DNA from: Candidatus Bathyarchaeota archaeon
GTDB lineage: Archaea; Thermoproteota; Bathyarchaeia; Bathyarchaeales; Bathyarchaeaceae
DNA: 45,675 bases
Reading direction: 5' to 3'
Assembly (NCBI GenBank): GCA_020344435.1
Contig: CP070826.1
Location: 1,021,024 to 1,066,698 of the forward strand
Below the pieces are notes generated by a model. It was not told the DNA's origin. It ran no database searches and was given only the letters and a program-made list of their open reading frames with translations. Below, one piece after another: positions 25,840 through 34,919 of the stretch (positions are counted from its first letter, which is position 1; every line of letters begins with the position of its first letter). Both the position numbers and the translations under genes were made by a program.

Positions 25840-26166
25840 ATGTATCATTACGCCACTGAACTATCATCGGAGAGGGCAGAGTACCTAATTGAGAAACTAG
25901 CGAAGTGGATAGTGAATCACCGTCTTGAAACTCCAGCGATCATGTTCTTGGAATCAATGAAGCCTCTATCCTTCATCGGCAGTCAGATGTGGCTAATGTA
26001 CGGTGTACCTATGCTTGGAATAGTAATGGATGAACATCAGACCTCGGAGTTTGGACTGCTCTTCGAGAACAGAGGAAACGTTGAAGCTCTGATCCAAAAG
26101 ATAGAAAAGCTGGCACGCGAAGCAGATGAGAAAAGAAAGAAAGAAAAAGAGGAAAAGGAAAAATGA
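25840..26166 (+). CDS. small protein with a central hydrophobic hairpin and a K/E-rich tail
   Basis: The protein is 108 aa. It contains PAIMFLESMKPLSFIGSQMWLMYGVPMLGIVM and ends in EADEKRKKEKEEKEK. The start is 37 nt after the upstream stop, and GGTGG precedes the ATG. Confidence 0.6.
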   Translation: MYHYATELSSERAEYLIEKLAKWIVNHRLETPAIMFLESMKPLSFIGSQMWLMYGVPMLGIVMDEHQTSEFGLLFENRGNVEALIQKIEKLAREADEKRKKEKEEKEK

Positions 26167-26948
26167 ATTTCATCAACGAGGGCTTAGTTGCTTCATTCGC
26201 AATGTTGGTCATCGTCTTAGCTGAGATTCTCATAGCACTCTTCATAGCAAGGGGCGGTACACACGTTCCCAAAATCCGCAAAATAGCTGGTCTGGAAGCC
26301 ATCGAAGAAGCTGTTGGGCGCGCCACTGAAATGGGGCGACCAATCACGTATACTACAGGGCTTGGCGGCATCAGAGACCAATATTACTATCAGACAGTTG
26401 CTGGACTGAACATCTTAGGCCATACCGCAGAGCTGGCAGCGAAGTACGGTGCAAAACTTCTCTACTTCCCATATGACCCAACCATAATGCCGATGGCACA
26501 CGAGGTTATGGAGCAAGGCTACATCCGCGCTGGCAAACAGGAAGCATTCAATCCAGAAAACATCATATATCTTGGAGGCGACCAGTTTCCATGGGCTTTC
26601 GGGGTTCTAGGCACAACATACAGAGAACAGAGCGCTGCAAACATCCACATGGGACCATTCTGGGCGGAATCGCTGATACTAGCCGAAGCAGGGTTTTACA
26701 CGGGTGCAATCCAAGTTATGGGCACAGCAAACTATCACCAAATCCACTTCTTCGTGGTTGCTTCTGACTATGCTTTGATCGGTGAAGAATTGATGGCGGC
26801 CGGTGCCTACTTGTCCAAGGACCCGACTCAAATCGGTTCATTGTGGGGCGCGGACTTCTCCAAGCTCACTGCGATAGCGATAATGCTTATCGGTGTGATC
26901 CTGACCGCTGCTAACGTCACTGCGCTGAACGACTTCCTAGCGTTATAG
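26163..26948 (+). CDS. hypothetical bitopic membrane protein (N- and C-terminal TM helices flanking a soluble domain of about 190 aa)
   Basis: The N-terminal helix is LVASFAMLVIVLAEILIALFIA and the C-terminal helix is LTAIAIMLIGVILTAANV. The start overlaps the upstream stop (ATGA). I recognise no family. Confidence 0.65.
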   Translation: MNFINEGLVASFAMLVIVLAEILIALFIARGGTHVPKIRKIAGLEAIEEAVGRATEMGRPITYTTGLGGIRDQYYYQTVAGLNILGHTAELAAKYGAKLLYFPYDPTIMPMAHEVMEQGYIRAGKQEAFNPENIIYLGGDQFPWAFGVLGTTYREQSAANIHMGPFWAESLILAEAGFYTGAIQVMGTANYHQIHFFVVASDYALIGEELMAAGAYLSKDPTQIGSLWGADFSKLTAIAIMLIGVILTAANVTALNDFLAL

Positions 26949-26960
26949 GAGGAATGACAC

Positions 26961-27623
26961 ATGAGTTTAGTTGTTAAGAGGTACATTCCCCTTGCAATCA
27001 CCTTCATAATGGGCTTCATCATGGTGATAGCCACCTACTTCCTAGCCCCAGGGACTCCCGCCAGGGACGCCACGGCCTTGCTAACAGCAACAGTGGACGT
27101 TCTGGTGGTAACTGCAGGTGCAATTGGCCTCGTCGCGCTACTCAGGCATCATTTAATGAACATCAACAAGAGAGGGCGATTCTGGCAATACAGCACGATC
27201 ACAATCATCGCGGTCATCATATACTTGATTATTGGACTCTATGGAGTCGCAACGCATGAGCAAAGATACATGTACGCAAGTGAACTCTTCAGCTGGGTCT
27301 ACAGCAACATATACGTCCACATGGACATGACGATATTCTCGTTGCTAGCGTTCTTCATCGCATCAGCTGCCTACAGAGCCTTCAGACTAAGAAGCTTGGA
27401 AGCATCCGTCCTGCTGATCGTCGGCTCACTAATGCTTCTGGGCAGAGCACCCATTGGAGGAGTAATTTGGGAGGGCTTCCCAGCAATCGCTGAGTGGCTT
27501 CTAACAGTTCCCAACGCGGCAGGAAACCGAGCAATAACCATCGGCATCGCAATCGGAGCTATTTCACTGGCGATAAGACAATTGCTAGGCGTTGAGAGAG
27601 GATATCTAGGTCCTGAACGTTAA
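26961..27623 (+). CDS. hypothetical polytopic membrane protein (about 6 TM)
   Basis: GGAGG precedes the ATG and the gap to the upstream gene is 12 nt. Hydrophobic helices run through the whole protein. Confidence 0.65.
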   Translation: MSLVVKRYIPLAITFIMGFIMVIATYFLAPGTPARDATALLTATVDVLVVTAGAIGLVALLRHHLMNINKRGRFWQYSTITIIAVIIYLIIGLYGVATHEQRYMYASELFSWVYSNIYVHMDMTIFSLLAFFIASAAYRAFRLRSLEASVLLIVGSLMLLGRAPIGGVIWEGFPAIAEWLLTVPNAAGNRAITIGIAIGAISLAIRQLLGVERGYLGPER

Positions 27624-27638
27624 GGAGAATTGACAGAA

Positions 27639-28535
27639 ATGCCTACAGAAGAAAAAACTCCATTCGATCGACGCTACATTTACATTGTGCTGTTCGTTTT
27701 GATCAGCATTCCACTATTGTATCCTCTCAATTTGCCAATACCGATAAGTCCCATGAGTCAGGATGTATGGGATGCAACCGTAGCACTATCCCCTGGAGAT
27801 ATAGTAGTTCATTCATTTGACTTCGGTCCATCAACTCTTCCAGAGAATGAACCCCAATGCTCGTCTCACCTCTTCCATTGCAGAGAACTCGGACTAAGAG
27901 TCGTTGCTGTGGCCTTCTGGGCTGCGGGTGGCCCACTCGCCCATGACATAATATCAGAGATCTATGGCGAAGGCTATGAGAATACCGCAGCGTATGGTAC
28001 AGAAATAGTATACATTGGTTACATTCCAGGAGCTGAAGTTGGCATGCAAACATTTGGGGACAGCACCTGGGACGCGAAGGGCACCGACCATTACGGCACA
28101 TCACTACCAGACTTGGCGCTGATGCAAGAGGTAAGAAGCGTAGCAGATGTCACTCTTTGGGCAGAATGGACATCGGGAACTCCAGGTGAACAACAGGTGA
28201 TACAGTTCATACAAGGTCGCCATCAAGGGGAAAATACAGATTGGCCGTTGGTAAGGGGGGAGCATCTCCTGCCAATTGTTGCAGGTTCGACAGCAGTCAG
28301 CGTACCTGGGATGATGCCCTTCTACTCTGCTGGTCAACTCGTCGGAATACTGAACGGACTAGCTGGCGCGGGCGAATACGAGAAGTTGGTTAACGATGTT
28401 TATCCCCAGTATCCCTATGAACAAGGACCAGGACTAGATGCCCAATCAGTAGCCCATATACTTGTCATACTCTTTGTTGTCATTGGAAACATCACTTGGG
28501 CAATCAGCAAATCTGGAGGAGGCAAGAGCTCGTGA
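27639..28535 (+). CDS. hypothetical bitopic membrane protein (N- and C-terminal TM helices, central domain of about 240 aa)
   Basis: AGGAG lies 11 nt before the ATG at 27639; the track start is TTG at 27630. The N-terminal helix is YIYIVLFVLISIPLLY and the C-terminal helix is VAHILVILFVVIGNITWAI. Confidence 0.65.
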   Translation: MPTEEKTPFDRRYIYIVLFVLISIPLLYPLNLPIPISPMSQDVWDATVALSPGDIVVHSFDFGPSTLPENEPQCSSHLFHCRELGLRVVAVAFWAAGGPLAHDIISEIYGEGYENTAAYGTEIVYIGYIPGAEVGMQTFGDSTWDAKGTDHYGTSLPDLALMQEVRSVADVTLWAEWTSGTPGEQQVIQFIQGRHQGENTDWPLVRGEHLLPIVAGSTAVSVPGMMPFYSAGQLVGILNGLAGAGEYEKLVNDVYPQYPYEQGPGLDAQSVAHILVILFVVIGNITWAISKSGGGKSS

Positions 28536-29278
28536 TTCCACCTAACATAGGTCAACTACCGCCTGAATTAGACCTCTTCGCAGCAATCTTCGGAGTCTTC
28601 GCAACTATATTCATATACAGCTTCCTATGGAAAGAAAACCCGCTATCTCGTGCAGTGGAACACCTATTCGTCGGCTTGGCTGCCGTCTTCACTTTGGCAT
28701 TCATGTATGACGCTGCTCTATCTCAAGCAGTCTGGGGAACCAACAGACTCGCAGAAGGCAACTTCATATGGATTATTCCAATACTGCTCAGCCTGATGTA
28801 TTTCTTCTTCTTCTCGAAGAAATACTTCTTCCTGTACCGATATCCAGTGTCAATAGTCGCTGGCGTCATGGCAGGCATGATGATATGCGGCATGATCCAA
28901 AGCAACTTCCTAGCTCAGATACAGGCCACTGTTGAACTGCCACTCGTCGGAGCTGGCGTGTGGGAAGGATGGCCTCCAGCAGGCCTCAACAGCATCATAA
29001 TGATCATCGGCATCATAACAGCATTGACTTTCTTCTTCTTCACTTGGGAGCACACAGGCGCTTTGGGCATTAGCACAAGGATAGGACGATACTTCCTTAT
29101 GGCCACCTTCGGATCCGCCTACGGTGGCACAGTAATGGCTAGAATGTCACTGTTCATCGGAAGACTGAGATTTCTCTATGAAACAAGCTATCAAGACTGG
29201 TTCTGGGCTTGGTATCTCGTGCCAATAGCCGCAATCATTGTGATTCTCGTAGCCCTCTGGGATAGATCCAAAGGATAA
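28532..29278 (+). CDS. hypothetical polytopic membrane protein (about 7 TM)
   Basis: The GTG at 28532 overlaps the upstream TGA (GTGA) and is preceded by GGAGGAGG. The track start at 28496 would give a 40-nt overlap. Confidence 0.65.
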   Translation: MIPPNIGQLPPELDLFAAIFGVFATIFIYSFLWKENPLSRAVEHLFVGLAAVFTLAFMYDAALSQAVWGTNRLAEGNFIWIIPILLSLMYFFFFSKKYFFLYRYPVSIVAGVMAGMMICGMIQSNFLAQIQATVELPLVGAGVWEGWPPAGLNSIIMIIGIITALTFFFFTWEHTGALGISTRIGRYFLMATFGSAYGGTVMARMSLFIGRLRFLYETSYQDWFWAWYLVPIAAIIVILVALWDRSKG

Positions 29279-29291
29279 CCCTTCCTCCCCC

Positions 29292-29297
29292 TTTTTT
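29292..29297 (+). terminator. oligo-T tract after the last gene of the operon
   Basis: ccccCTTTTTTATTTcc begins 13 nt after the stop at 29278, consistent with an archaeal oligo-T terminator. Confidence 0.4.
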
Positions 29298-29317
29298 ATT
29301 TCCATTCTTCCCTAATA

Positions 29318-29794
29318 TCACGAGGTACTAGGTTGCTTTCGCTCTTCTCTCTTCTTCCCTCTCTTGATGAGCCCTATGAGGTAGAAGATGGCAAACGCAA
29401 ACCACGTGAAGACGAACCCATAAGCTACGCCGATTATGCTGCTTAAGAGAACCTCGGTCAAAGATCGATGATGCTCAATTGCGCTGACAGCAAGATTGTA
29501 TAGTCCATACCCAACGGAGCCCCCGATAACACATGAGTACGGTTTTCTAGAGATAGCCCAGACGATATTTGTCATGACAAAATTCAGAAGGCCAAGAATT
29601 ACAAAAACCCTGATATCCCCAACAACCTCCTCAAATATGCTCCAAAGGAGAACCCCAACAGCGACTGCGGCAATTTGAACCCAGAAGTCGCGTTGTCTAT
29701 ATATTCTCAACCAGCTGAGCACGTCTATCAAAAAGCCGAGGAGTCCTCGCACACCCTTATCTGACGCAGCACCTCTCTCCGCTTTCATCTTCAC
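29318..29794 (-). CDS. hypothetical membrane protein (about 4 TM)
   Basis: Several hydrophobic helices are followed by a basic C-terminal tail, KRGKKREERK. Confidence 0.55.
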   Translation of the reverse strand: MKMKAERGAASDKGVRGLLGFLIDVLSWLRIYRQRDFWVQIAAVAVGVLLWSIFEEVVGDIRVFVILGLLNFVMTNIVWAISRKPYSCVIGGSVGYGLYNLAVSAIEHHRSLTEVLLSSIIGVAYGFVFTWFAFAIFYLIGLIKRGKKREERKQPSTS

Positions 29795-29961
29795 ATCAGC
29801 TCACGAGACATCATCTTTGGTTGGTTGTTTAAGAATAAGCTTTCCCAACCCACTTGATAAGACACACATCAGATTTGACAGCACCATACCTCAGACTATT
29901 CAGTACATACTATAGAAGACAAGCAATCGTTAAATAACACCCCCAGACAAATCTGTGCGGG

Positions 29962-30639
29962 GTGAAGGAACTGATTTTCATAGCAATTTGTGATGTTGAA
30001 CCAGCTCATGATGAGGCTATCTACAGTCAGATAGAAAAGCTGGGAAGCAGCGAAGGCGTTACACCCTTGGTCGTTGGTAGGCTCTTCGAGGGGGCAGATG
30101 TGATGCTTCTATTGCACTCGCCTGATATGGAGTCTGTGGATGATTACCTGATTAAGAACGTGCGAAGCAGTAAAAGCGTACAGGAGCTTGTTGTTGTGCC
30201 GGTCTACGAGTTTAGTCTTCTCTCTTCCTTCGACTTCATGGTTGAACCAGAGCAGGAAGACACGGAGACGACCCCAATCGATCATGAAGAGCTCCTCTTC
30301 TTCATGGCAAAGATCGACATTGAACCCACCAAAGACCGTGCTGTACACAAGAGCATCTCATCGATTGCCCCAACAGATGAGACTATACCGCTAATGACCG
30401 GACATACATTCCATACCAAGGATTTTGACTCGGTCCTCTTCTTCTTATCAAGGAGCCTGGAGGGCGCTTGGGAATTCGTCAAGGCGTTGCGTTTGATTCC
30501 TGGAGTATGGGATACTGAAGTGAACCTCATCGCGCATTTCGAAGGCCTGGTGCCTCTGAAGCAGTTCAAGAAATTGGTCTCCACTAAGCCTACCCAGAGC
30601 AGTCGTGGCGGATTGGGAGCGAAGAAACTTGCAGAGTAG
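29962..30639 (+). CDS. protein with two tandem Lrp/AsnC-RAM-like domains and no HTH
   Basis: Two halves of about 95 aa show the same pattern: LIFIAICDVEP...VTPLVVGRLFEGADVMLLLHS...VQELVVVPV and LFFMAKIDIEP...IPLMTGHTFHTKDFDSVLFFLS...VWDTEVNLI. The start codon is GTG. Confidence 0.55.
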   Translation: MKELIFIAICDVEPAHDEAIYSQIEKLGSSEGVTPLVVGRLFEGADVMLLLHSPDMESVDDYLIKNVRSSKSVQELVVVPVYEFSLLSSFDFMVEPEQEDTETTPIDHEELLFFMAKIDIEPTKDRAVHKSISSIAPTDETIPLMTGHTFHTKDFDSVLFFLSRSLEGAWEFVKALRLIPGVWDTEVNLIAHFEGLVPLKQFKKLVSTKPTQSSRGGLGAKKLAE

Positions 30640-30673
30640 CGAGAAGAAGTCGACAGGCATAAAGCGACTAGAG

Positions 30674-31291
30674 ATGCGAATTGGAAGACTTTGGGGCTTT
30701 CGCCGAGAGAAGGAAGGGATAGTCGCGAAGCTTCCACCTGAAAAAACCGTTGGCAGGCTTATCCACCTCTTCATCGCATCAGTGAACACAATCGGCTCGT
30801 TCTTGAGAGAGAAAATGGGTGAAACCGGCGTGAGGAGCGTGTTCGAATACCAAGGCGAGAAGTTCGGTGAGGGCTTGGAAAAATGGCCTTGGAGAGCAGA
30901 CGAAATCGCAAAGAACATGATTCGCCTGAACTTTCAACCCTTCGGCATCGAAGCACACTACAGTGGTGACAAAAACAAAGCGACAATAGTTGTCGAAAAG
31001 TGTCCGCTACCCGACAACTTCGGTCACTCAGTGGAGTATCTCAGAGAGTTCACGGCTGAACCACATGGAGCCGTGTTCAAGGGAGAAGCCAAGTTGCGAC
31101 GTCTGGAGGAGAGTATGAGTACGTCGTGGGATTGGCTTCCCAAGAAACCAGAGGTCTGTGCAACATGCAGAATAGTCATGCCTAAGTTGGGAGAGAAACT
31201 GGGCTTCAGCTGGAAACACAGCATGACTAGCGACGCACCCCCTAAGTGTGTTTTCGAAATTCAGATTGCAAAGGGCAAAAGACAAGTGTAA
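30674..31291 (+). CDS. hypothetical Cys-containing protein
   Basis: VVEKCPLPDNF ... VCATCRIVMP ... PKCVFEI are present. I start it at the ATG at 30674 to avoid overlap with the upstream gene. The family is uncertain. Confidence 0.45.
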   Translation: MRIGRLWGFRREKEGIVAKLPPEKTVGRLIHLFIASVNTIGSFLREKMGETGVRSVFEYQGEKFGEGLEKWPWRADEIAKNMIRLNFQPFGIEAHYSGDKNKATIVVEKCPLPDNFGHSVEYLREFTAEPHGAVFKGEAKLRRLEESMSTSWDWLPKKPEVCATCRIVMPKLGEKLGFSWKHSMTSDAPPKCVFEIQIAKGKRQV

Positions 31292-31342
31292 TGTCCAATT
31301 AGTGGAAACCAATCAAAGCCGGATTCTCATGCAGACGCGTAC

Positions 31343-32533
31343 CTAAGCATTCTTCACACGTACACTCCGGCTGGGAAGAAAATGAAGTATGATTAACCCA
31401 AGTGTCATGAAGGCAATACTGAAGGGAAAAATAGACCAGACGCCAAAAGCAGCAGCGACTCCTGCCGCAGCTGTTGGCGTCAAAGTGGCTATCAATCCTT
31501 CAGTAAAGAAGTATAGACTATAGCTTAACCCTCTTCTCGACTCCGGCGTGACAGCAGCAACTATCGTGTTCATCGGAGACCATAAACAACTGGCGAAAAA
31601 GGCGTAGACAACATAGAAGAGGACCAGAAGAGAAGTCATCGTCATGAGAGACAGCACGAAGAGCGAAACGATGCAACCCAGAATTGCCACTACAAGCGCT
31701 CTCTTTGCGCCAAGCTGCTCTGTGAGGTACCCACCGCATAAAGAACCCATCACGCCTACAAATGGTCCAACCCCAAAGATCAATGCAGCCATTGACTCGA
31801 CAAGTCCTCGAAGTCTCACAAAATAGGTGGTCATAAACGTGTAAGCACTCGTAGAGCCCACTTCTCTGAAGCCTATAGCAACAAGAAAGACTAAAAGAGG
31901 AGCTGAAAAAAGAGATGCTGATTTTCTGAACTCGCTTCTATTCTCTTGAGGCTCAATTCTGCCAGTATTCTTGGTCTTTAGCTGTGGGGATGCAAGAAGC
32001 ACGATTCCCCAAATTAGAATAGGAAATCCCCAGAAGAGGTAGGTCCACCTCCACCCTAGAGTCAACAAAGACACTGCAAGGCTAACAAGACCAAGAGCGG
32101 AGCCTACGTTTCCAAGAGCATTATGGAACCCGATTGACCTGCCCATACGTTCCAGTCTCACTGACCTGCTCATTCGACTGAGCCCTGAAACATGGTAAAT
32201 GGGCGAAGCCACCTTCAACAAGGATGCACCCAACACCAAGGTCCAGAAACTGCTTGTCTGGCTAATCAATAGGGCTGAAAGCCCTTCTGTCAACATGCTA
32301 ACAAACAACAGATGATTTGTGCTAAGACGATCCGCCAAGAATCCTGAAGGAACATTCATCAGAAGGGCGACCAAGCTCGGAAGCGTAGCGATAAGAGATG
32401 CCTCAACAAGACCCAACTCAAACTCCTGCACTATAACCGGTATGAGGGCAACCTGTACGAGAAGATATATCTCAATGAACATGTGCGTTGTGTATATCAT
32501 CCAAAGACGCTTTTCCATCCATTCCCTCGCCAA
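31343..32533 (-). CDS. MFS-type transporter
   Basis: The protein has about 12 TM helices, and GFLADRLSTNH is the loop 2-3 motif. Confidence 0.8.
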   Translation of the reverse strand: MAREWMEKRLWMIYTTHMFIEIYLLVQVALIPVIVQEFELGLVEASLIATLPSLVALLMNVPSGFLADRLSTNHLLFVSMLTEGLSALLISQTSSFWTLVLGASLLKVASPIYHVSGLSRMSRSVRLERMGRSIGFHNALGNVGSALGLVSLAVSLLTLGWRWTYLFWGFPILIWGIVLLASPQLKTKNTGRIEPQENRSEFRKSASLFSAPLLVFLVAIGFREVGSTSAYTFMTTYFVRLRGLVESMAALIFGVGPFVGVMGSLCGGYLTEQLGAKRALVVAILGCIVSLFVLSLMTMTSLLVLFYVVYAFFASCLWSPMNTIVAAVTPESRRGLSYSLYFFTEGLIATLTPTAAAGVAAAFGVWSIFPFSIAFMTLGLIILHFLPSRSVRVKNA

Positions 32534-32606
32534 GCCATTGTGACTTTTAGAGAAGGCGAATTCTACGGGAAAAAGCTTGCGTGCATACCTCTCTGTCTTC
32601 TGTCAT

Positions 32607-34919
32607 TCAGACGGGCTGAGGGTTCCGAACCATTTGCTTCTCGCCATGGATGAGATAGTCTTTCAGGCTTTTTTCGGTATGCCCGAGGGGGCTCAGGATG
32701 TTGACACCGGCGAGTATCAGCATATCAACATATTTCTTAGTATCGTACCGAGTCCCATCGTTGATTAGCTCAGCAGCCACCACACGATTGCTTGACCGTC
32801 TATTCTGGGCATCCGTTATTAGGTAACGGATTTTTTGTCCAGCTGAAACTTTCACACCCTCCTTGATCAGCTGCCTAGCAGCTATGGCCTGGAAAACATC
32901 GTGGACATATCTATCAGGATGCATCGAAAGCTGCTTCGCAATAATCAACTCCTGTTTGCTAACGTCCCCTCTCCTCAGCTTCTTCACGCCCTCTCCCAAA
33001 GCTTCAATCGCCTGCGGAATCTCATCCATGAACGCCGAATAGTTCCAAGCCTTGGCAAGAATCCTTATCATCGCCATCTGAGTTCTCTTAATGAACGGTG
33101 GAGTATCCCGCCTCACTGCCTCGATGCCTCTCACCTTAATCTTTCCCGATTCAAAAGTTCCGTAGTATCGATTCAGAACAGCAACCTCTGTATGCATTCT
33201 GGATGGCAGAAACACAATCCAACGGTATATGCCCTCAACGTTTAACTTGACGCCGATTTTCTTGGAGACCGCATCACATAGTTCAACGTATTTTTGTGGG
33301 GAAGCGCTTTTTTTCTTAAGCCATAATGAATCAACAATGCCGTGAACAACCTCAAAGCCCTTCTCCTCAGCCATACGTACAGTCTTAAGCAGAGCTTCTC
33401 TGGCAAAGGCGCAGACAGCGATGTGGGCATCAACCTTGCCAAAACAGGCATTTCTATAACCTAGATAGCCGAAACAAGTTACCAAGATCCACTTCAGAGC
33501 GTTCTGTCTGTGATTATACACTCTCCTCAACTCTGAATCTCGTGTCTTGTTTTTCATACGTTTGTAGATCGCCCGCTTCTTGAGAATAATCTTTAACGTT
33601 TTCGGAACTATACCCTCTCGCTTCTCACACATGTTGTAACCTAGCTCGGGCACCCTCAACCTCGAGTCTGAACAACACTTACAGAGCACGGTTTCAGCCG
33701 AGATGTTACGATCAGCCATCAAAGTTGGGTACATAGATGAAAAGTCGACTTCAGCCACGCCATCATGGACACCCAACCGGGGCTCATATATGAACCCGCC
33801 TCTATCCGCAACGAGCAGTTCCCAAGCTGACTTGAAGGTCTCAGGCTCTTTCTTCTTCCATGGGATAAGTACATCCTCTTTTGTGGCTTGATAGAGCTGC
33901 AGAGAAGACATTATTGTTCCGATCGACGCCCTTGCAGCCCTATGCAACGGAACCCTACAGGTCCTTGAAACTTCAATCAATCCATCCAGTCCACAAGCAG
34001 AATAGATGAATGTGTTCTTCTCGTCTATGTGGATTCGACCATAAAGCCTACACGTGGGTGCCTTGAAGTAGACTCTACCATACGAGAAGAATGTTACTCC
34101 CCGCCTCTTCTCAGCCTCAAGAGGGATATCTTCCCTGCCGAGAACGAGTCTGTTCAGTATCTCATTCACAAAAGCCCTATGAGCAAAGTAAGGGAGAAGG
34201 AATGAATCTCCGCCCCGAGTGAGAATGATGTCGGGGTCTTCTTTCTTGACATTTTCTACCATTTCAAGGATCTTGTCCTTTTCATCTCCTCCGTCAATTA
34301 TGTGCCTTTTTCCATCTGATTCTAGAGTGATGCTTTTGATTGTATCGTCGAATTTTGCTATGGGTCCATCAGCATCTATATCAGCGTGGATTGTCATCAA
34401 GCGAAGAGCAGGAGTTCTATAATCTACACTTTCCATAGAATCGGGCAAGCAGTAAGCAAGTTTTTCTCCTTCAATTTTGAAGGTGGTGTAAACTAGAGGG
34501 AAAATGTCTCTTTTGTAAAGGTATGTTTGAACGTTTGGAACGCCCACGTTGTGTAGTCTAAACTTCCTGTATCCTCCAAGCCTCAACAATTCTCTGGCGA
34601 AATAGGGTATCCTTCTACAATCTGAGATAGTGATTTCCAAGACCTTAGATTTCTTGTCCTCCATGAAATCAGCATGCTTCTCCACATAACGCCACTTGGC
34701 GACAGGTTCTCTGATCACAAAATGACTAGTCAGCTTCGACAAGTCAGTCATCTTGCCTGAAACATAAATCTTCGACTGGAATTTGTCAGAAAGTTTCACA
34801 CGGTCGCCATTCTCTGCTATGGCCCACACCGTCATTTCGCCGGAGCCAGAAGGATACAGATCGAGAAGCCAGCCTTTAAACGCCTTAAGGCTGGTGAAGC
34901 CACTTCTCCAATCTTTCAA
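32607..34919 (-). CDS. polB: family-B DNA polymerase, divergent (PolB2-like motif degeneracy)
   Basis: Motif A is VAEVDFSSMYPTLMA. VRGIEAVRRDTPPF and LNRYYG are also present. Motif B reads KWILVTCFGYLGY (consensus KxxxNSxYG). Motif C reads VVHGIVDSLW (consensus YxDTDS). Exo I reads IHADIDAD and Exo II reads GGDSFLLPYF (consensus NxxxFDxPY). Confidence 0.85.
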   Translation of the reverse strand: MKDWRSGFTSLKAFKGWLLDLYPSGSGEMTVWAIAENGDRVKLSDKFQSKIYVSGKMTDLSKLTSHFVIREPVAKWRYVEKHADFMEDKKSKVLEITISDCRRIPYFARELLRLGGYRKFRLHNVGVPNVQTYLYKRDIFPLVYTTFKIEGEKLAYCLPDSMESVDYRTPALRLMTIHADIDADGPIAKFDDTIKSITLESDGKRHIIDGGDEKDKILEMVENVKKEDPDIILTRGGDSFLLPYFAHRAFVNEILNRLVLGREDIPLEAEKRRGVTFFSYGRVYFKAPTCRLYGRIHIDEKNTFIYSACGLDGLIEVSRTCRVPLHRAARASIGTIMSSLQLYQATKEDVLIPWKKKEPETFKSAWELLVADRGGFIYEPRLGVHDGVAEVDFSSMYPTLMADRNISAETVLCKCCSDSRLRVPELGYNMCEKREGIVPKTLKIILKKRAIYKRMKNKTRDSELRRVYNHRQNALKWILVTCFGYLGYRNACFGKVDAHIAVCAFAREALLKTVRMAEEKGFEVVHGIVDSLWLKKKSASPQKYVELCDAVSKKIGVKLNVEGIYRWIVFLPSRMHTEVAVLNRYYGTFESGKIKVRGIEAVRRDTPPFIKRTQMAMIRILAKAWNYSAFMDEIPQAIEALGEGVKKLRRGDVSKQELIIAKQLSMHPDRYVHDVFQAIAARQLIKEGVKVSAGQKIRYLITDAQNRRSSNRVVAAELINDGTRYDTKKYVDMLILAGVNILSPLGHTEKSLKDYLIHGEKQMVRNPQPV

